A DNA stretch of 64,000 nt. Origin: the human T2T-CHM13v2.0 reference genome, Homo sapiens. The notes under the pieces were generated by a model. That model ran no database searches. It had not been told where the DNA came from and was given only the letters and a program-made list of their open reading frames with translations. Each line of letters starts with the position of its first letter. Within the stretch, counting starts at the first letter, position 1. Positions 56,735-64,000 of this stretch are shown here, in pieces. Made by a program: the position numbers and the translations under genes. The stretch lies in the NCBI RefSeq assembly GCF_009914755.1, contig NC_060928.1; one strand, written 5' to 3'.

Positions 56735-58794
56735 ATAATTTTAAAAAGAACTTTTATATTTTATTTAAAAGATAAACTACTCAGAAAATTTGCCAATTTA
56801 GAAAATGCTTATTTTCAGAGAATTGTGGGTGGTCAAAGTCTTACACTCTTTGGAATAATTTAAGAAAGAGATAATATAACACAGGTTTATAGAACTGAAG
56901 ATTGGTTCTTGATTAAGAAAGCACACTCTGGGCAATAATATGCTTTAAAAAATGTCCTTTGGAATTTAGCAAATAATGATTCGTTAGTTCAGTTGCTTAA
57001 AGCATGATATAAATGAAGCCATGCATTGTCTCAGGATTAAGTTGCATGAAAAAGGTGTGCTCGATAACAATCTATACCTCTGTGTAGGCTAGCCACTCAC
57101 AAATGAGTACTAGGCCAAGCTTCATTTTTCTTGTAGAACTCTTTGTAGTGGGTCAGGGCCATCGTCCTTGTATACTAATGTATTTGCTATTATTTTTTCT
57201 ATTACTTCTATATAATTCAAATTTTTACTTTAACCAATCATGGTTTTGAGTAAGTATGTTTTTAAAAATGTTTTTCATACCTATTCCATTCATGAGATGG
57301 AGTTTGCCAGGATAGACAAGACATTTTATTTGGAAAATGATGACTATATTTTAAAATAAATGGTAGTCATACCCTTAAGTATGCCTACCAAAGTTCTGAG
57401 TAGTCAACTTTATGAGGCATTTCATTAAAAACCCTCACTTTAACGTATAAGGCATTTCTTTGCTTTTTCAAAGACTGATTTGAATTTTTCCTTCCAGAGC
57501 TTTCAGGAGAGATCTACTATGTGGTCATTTTTGCAGTTTTATAGTTGGTTCAGCTAATCTAGTGTTGTGCTCTTTCCTTTAGCTCTTGGGTTGATAGCTT
57601 ATGGCAGTGATAGTCAAGTGTATCACGCCGTGAAGTCAACTGTTTGGTAAGTGAGATATCACTTGCATTTCTCTACTTGTTCTTTTCTTTCTTTTTTTTT
57701 GCATTGAAGTTTGAATTATACAAACATTAAATATCATATGTATATTCTGTTTTGATTGTTAAACTATAGAATAGCCTAATGAGATCGTATAAGAAGTCAT
57801 AAATTACTTAATAAAAGAAAAATTGTTTTAACTAATTTTAACTATGTAATCATCTCTTTGTTACAGGAATGTGATATTGTTCAAGCATAAATGAATATAA
57901 ATTTGAGGGCTTGGGGATGCTTAAAATCTTTTCCCATTGAAATCAATAGAATTAGGTCAAGGAATTTACCCTAGGAGAGATTTTTCAGGAAATAATTCTT
58001 TCATAGGCAGAGGAAAACTATGCTATCAATGGTTTTTCTAGGTTTTATGCTAAATAGGCAATTTTAAAGTCTTCTGATTTAGAAAGTTTAGAATTGATAG
58101 AGAAAACTTTGATCTCTCACTAAATAATACACTCCAGAAATACTGATTTTATTAATTTCTCAGAAAGTAGTAGCATTGCTACTTTTCATGAGATTCAGGA
58201 GTAATTGGAAAATAAAATTATACATTATATTTATGGATCTTAATAATTGAAGTACTTTTTACATCCTAAATCTGGGGGTAGCAATGTCTACTAGTAGCAC
58301 ACCTCTGCCATACTTGTCATCATCCCTCCTAAATTGAGATTCTGGAAGAAAATTAAACTCTACTGTCTATGGCAACAGTTATATGAGACGAATAAACCTC
58401 TCTCTTATGCAACTGGAATGGTATTAACTATGTATCATCTTTGGAAGAACTGAAAACACACTCACCCATGTCGTGTTTTTAGGGCTTAATTCTTTTGTGT
58501 AACATGAGTTGAGAAGGGGTACATATGTTCTCTCTTGCTATCCTGGTTGTTAGTTGCAGCTTTTATATTATGAAATATTAATTCATCCAATAAATATTTA
58601 CTGCCATGTGTCTGGCCCTGTGCTAGGCTCTGACAATATAATGCTGGGCAAAAATGAACATGGCCTCTGCAAGAGGTTTGAACTATGCATTTACTAAAGT
58701 GATTATTTGACTACTGACTGTATTTCCCATCAAACTATAATCTAAAGGTGGGAAAGACAGTAACCTAGAGATTCATATCTACTGTAATCTGGAG

Positions 58795-60280
<1,486 letters not shown>

Positions 60281-60873
60281 AAACCTTGAGAGGAAGTGCT
60301 CTGAAAAAAAGAACACCTTCTATAAGAGATGTCACAAAGGATCTTGGCCCTGGCTGGGACTGTTGGCCAAAATGGTGACAAAGGATGTACAGGCCAGTGG
60401 ACTGAAAAATATGGGGCTCCGGGCATCTTGTTGACAAGAGTTTTCAACTCTTCTCATTGAGCAGCTTTCAGTCACTGTTGATTTTATCAACTAACCACAG
60501 CATTAGGTCCCATCCACACCACACAGCTTATACTGAACAAGCTTAAAATACATTTGTGAAACGATCATACTAATTGTGCCTTTCATCTCATATATACTAA
60601 CTCTTTGTTTAAGCTTAAGTGTAAGTAAGCTTTTTGCTGAGAGAGACAATATTCTCTTTGAATTCCCCATAGCACCTAACAAGGCATTGTATAAATACTT
60701 AATAATTGTTCATTAAATTTAATATTTTATAATATTTATTTTATCCCCCTCAGCATTTTTTGTTAAGTTTAGATATAGATTTATAGCCTTCCTTCTTTGA
60801 TGCTAAAAATGAGAACAGAGTTTTAAACATTTAGACTTGGAATGATTGGATACAAATTTAGAAAAAGAAGGGA

Positions 60874-61171
<298 letters not shown>

Positions 61172-61562
61172 TTAGCATAGCCATCAGTTCTAAACTAATT
61201 CATAAAAGTAGTGTAGAGAACATACAGACCATAGAGTAAGAATTCACGGTTCAAGTCTTGGGTATGTCCATGATTTGCTTTATGACTTAGGATGAATCAC
61301 TTTACTTCATTAAATTTCATTTTCTTGTCTGTAAATGTGGCAACCAGACTGGGGATTTCTAAGGATTTTTCTATCCACAAAGTCTTTTAAATGTCTACAT
61401 TTCCATGCATTTACTTCAAACTAGAAATCAATAACCTATTTTCACTATTCCTGATGTTGCCGCCACTGATCTAAGATAAATGACTTAACAGGCATTAACA
61501 GCTATAGCAAATATAAATGTTAAATAGAAATTATGTAATTATGTGAGATTTTGACGTGTAGG

Positions 61563-61897
61563 TTTTTTGTTTGTTTGTTTGTTTGTTTTTGAGACAGAGT
61601 CTCACTGTTTCACCCAGGCTGGAGTGCAGTGGTGCGATCTGTAATCTTGGCTCTTTGTAACCTCTACCTCCTATGTAACCTCTACCTCCTAGGTTCAAGC
61701 AATTCTCGTGCCTCAGCCTCCAGAGTAGTTGAGACTACAGGCACCCGCTACCATGCCCAGATAATTTCTGTATTTTTCGTAGAGACAGGGTTTCACCATG
61801 TTGGTCAGGCTGGTTTCGAACTCTTGACCTCAGATGATCCACCCGCCTTGGCCTCCCAAATTGCTGGGATTATAGGCGTGAGCCACCGTGCCTGGCC
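61563..61897 (-). mobile_element. Alu (AluS type) with an internal 18-bp tandem duplication
   Basis: Reverse Alu; tgtaacctctacctccta occurs twice in tandem. Confidence 0.9.
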
Positions 61898-62196
61898 TGA
61901 TTTCTAGATTTGATCATCTATGGCAACTTTTTAAAAAATCATCAAAAAATGCTTTTTATACAGTCATTCCAGTATCATTTGGTATGTTCATAGGAAAAGA
62001 AAATAAATTTAGTATTAGCATAAACAAATAATTTGTGAATTAGAATTTTATTCCAATTTTGTGGGTCATAGTCAGTGTTCAATCAGTGAATCAACAAAAT
62101 AAATCAATAATAGATTATTAAATTTTTTTCCCTAGCTTGGTTTAGTATTATAACGAATAATTATATCATTTTCCTGGGGTAGGTATTAAGTGCAGA

Positions 62197-62576
<380 letters not shown>

Positions 62577-62737
62577 TAAAACCTTTTTAAATGGGCTTAT
62601 TGCCTTGCTTTAAATCCATATAGAAAAATCATATATGTATGTTCCCCAAACTCAGTTGGCTCTGTAGTGAGCATCCAAGTGTAGTTACTCAGAATAAATG
62701 CAATGGCTAGGAAAATAGTCCTTTGTAAAGGATATGC

Positions 62738-62759
62738 TAGATAGATAGATAGATAGATG

Positions 62760-62799
<40 letters not shown>
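62738..62799. repeat. (GATA)n tetranucleotide microsatellite
   Basis: About 15 units with one GATG interruption. Confidence 0.95.
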
Positions 62800-64000
62800 T
62801 AAATAGATCTTGGCTAGTATTTATTGAGGACTGATGCTATGACAGGCACTGTCTGAAATACTTTTGATGTATTTCTTCATTTATTCTCAGAAAAAACACT
62901 GTGAAGTGGTTCGATATGGATATGATGTCATAATCTTCTTTTTGAAGATAAAGAAACTAAGACTATATCATAATGTTCTTCTTGAAGATGAAGAAATGAA
63001 GACTCTGTGAGATATAGCGATTTGTTTTTGGTGGGGGCTTGGAGGAGGAGAGGCAGAGTTGTCTCTACTGTACTAGTGCTTTGGGAGGTCATTCTTGCTT
63101 AGGAATGTCTCCACTTCCTTTCCCCTCACCCCTAGCACAGCCTGAGTTTGGAGGGAGGGTAGAAGCAGGACTATAAGTAAAAATAATAACTTATTTACTT
63201 ATCAATCATCTATCTGTGTGTGTATGTGTATATGTATATATGTGTGTGTATGTGTGTGCGTGTGTAAATAGCAGGCATACCTAACTTTTCAGTAAAATTC
63301 TGTTGAGAAGAGGAATAGGTAAATGATGCTAAGGGTAAACACAGAGTCAAGAGAGAAGGTTTAGGAAAATGATAGTGTGTGAGCTAGTTATTGATATCTC
63401 TGAAGAAAAGACCATGAATACTGTAGTGCATTCTAGGAGAGCAATAGTATTATGTTATCTTATATCCTGTAAGAAAGAGCATCCTATGGAAAAGATAGAA
63501 TAATGTAGTTACTTTTATGCTCAGAATAATTCACATGTTCTTAGGTGAATTCTAGGTCCCAGAGATATTTCTGCTGATTCTGTAAACCTACCGTTTTCTC
63601 TTTAAGCGGTTAAAAAAATTTCTCCCTCTTAATCCCCCACTTCTCATTTATGTCTTCTTTTTATTTGTGCAAATATTATTTGAATCATTATTTCTACCCT
63701 TTTTCTTGTTTTAGGTTTGTTTTGCCCTTCTTTTACTAGGTTCTTGCAGCAGGAGCTTAAATTACTGATTTAAGATTTTTTTCTCTGTTCTAATGCATGC
63801 TTTTGGTGTATAAAATTCCATTTTCAGCACTATTTTGACTCTGCCTTGCAAATTTGATATGTTTTATTTTCTGTTTTTATTCAGTTCAATGTATTTTCAA
63901 GATTTTCCTTAAGAATGACTCCTTGAGCCATGGATTATTTATAAATATGTTGTTTCATTTCTAAGTGTTTTGAGATATGCTAACAAGGATATTGGTCTTT

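Overview
AT-rich, repeat-dense primate genomic DNA; a human-specific AluYb8 and the recognisable GNRHR protein point to the human chr4q13.2 locus. The only intact protein-coding gene is the type I GnRH receptor, GNRHR, on the minus strand. It has three coding exons (21446-20925, 11897-11678, 7834-7590; 522+220+245 = 987 nt, 328 aa), all GT-AG junctions, a 3' UTR of about 3.3 kb and a promoter with SF-1 and CRE-like sites. About 12 kb upstream, also on the minus strand and missed by the ORF track, are five exon relics (33587-44752) of a HAT/DESC-type transmembrane serine protease. The TAAHC, DIA and GDSGGP catalytic motifs remain, alongside stops, frameshifts and a broken acceptor; this is most likely the unitary pseudogene TMPRSS11CP. 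The rest is Alu, L1, LTR and DNA-transposon sequence plus microsatellites. I found no convincing new biological system. The least explained items are a 179-bp hairpin followed by a mosaic of short duplications (46331-46624), a 150-bp L1 insertion with both a 5' inversion and a 3' transduction, two local duplications and a strong intronic CTCF motif. Repeat subfamily names and orthologue comparisons are from memory and need RepeatMasker/BLAST confirmation.
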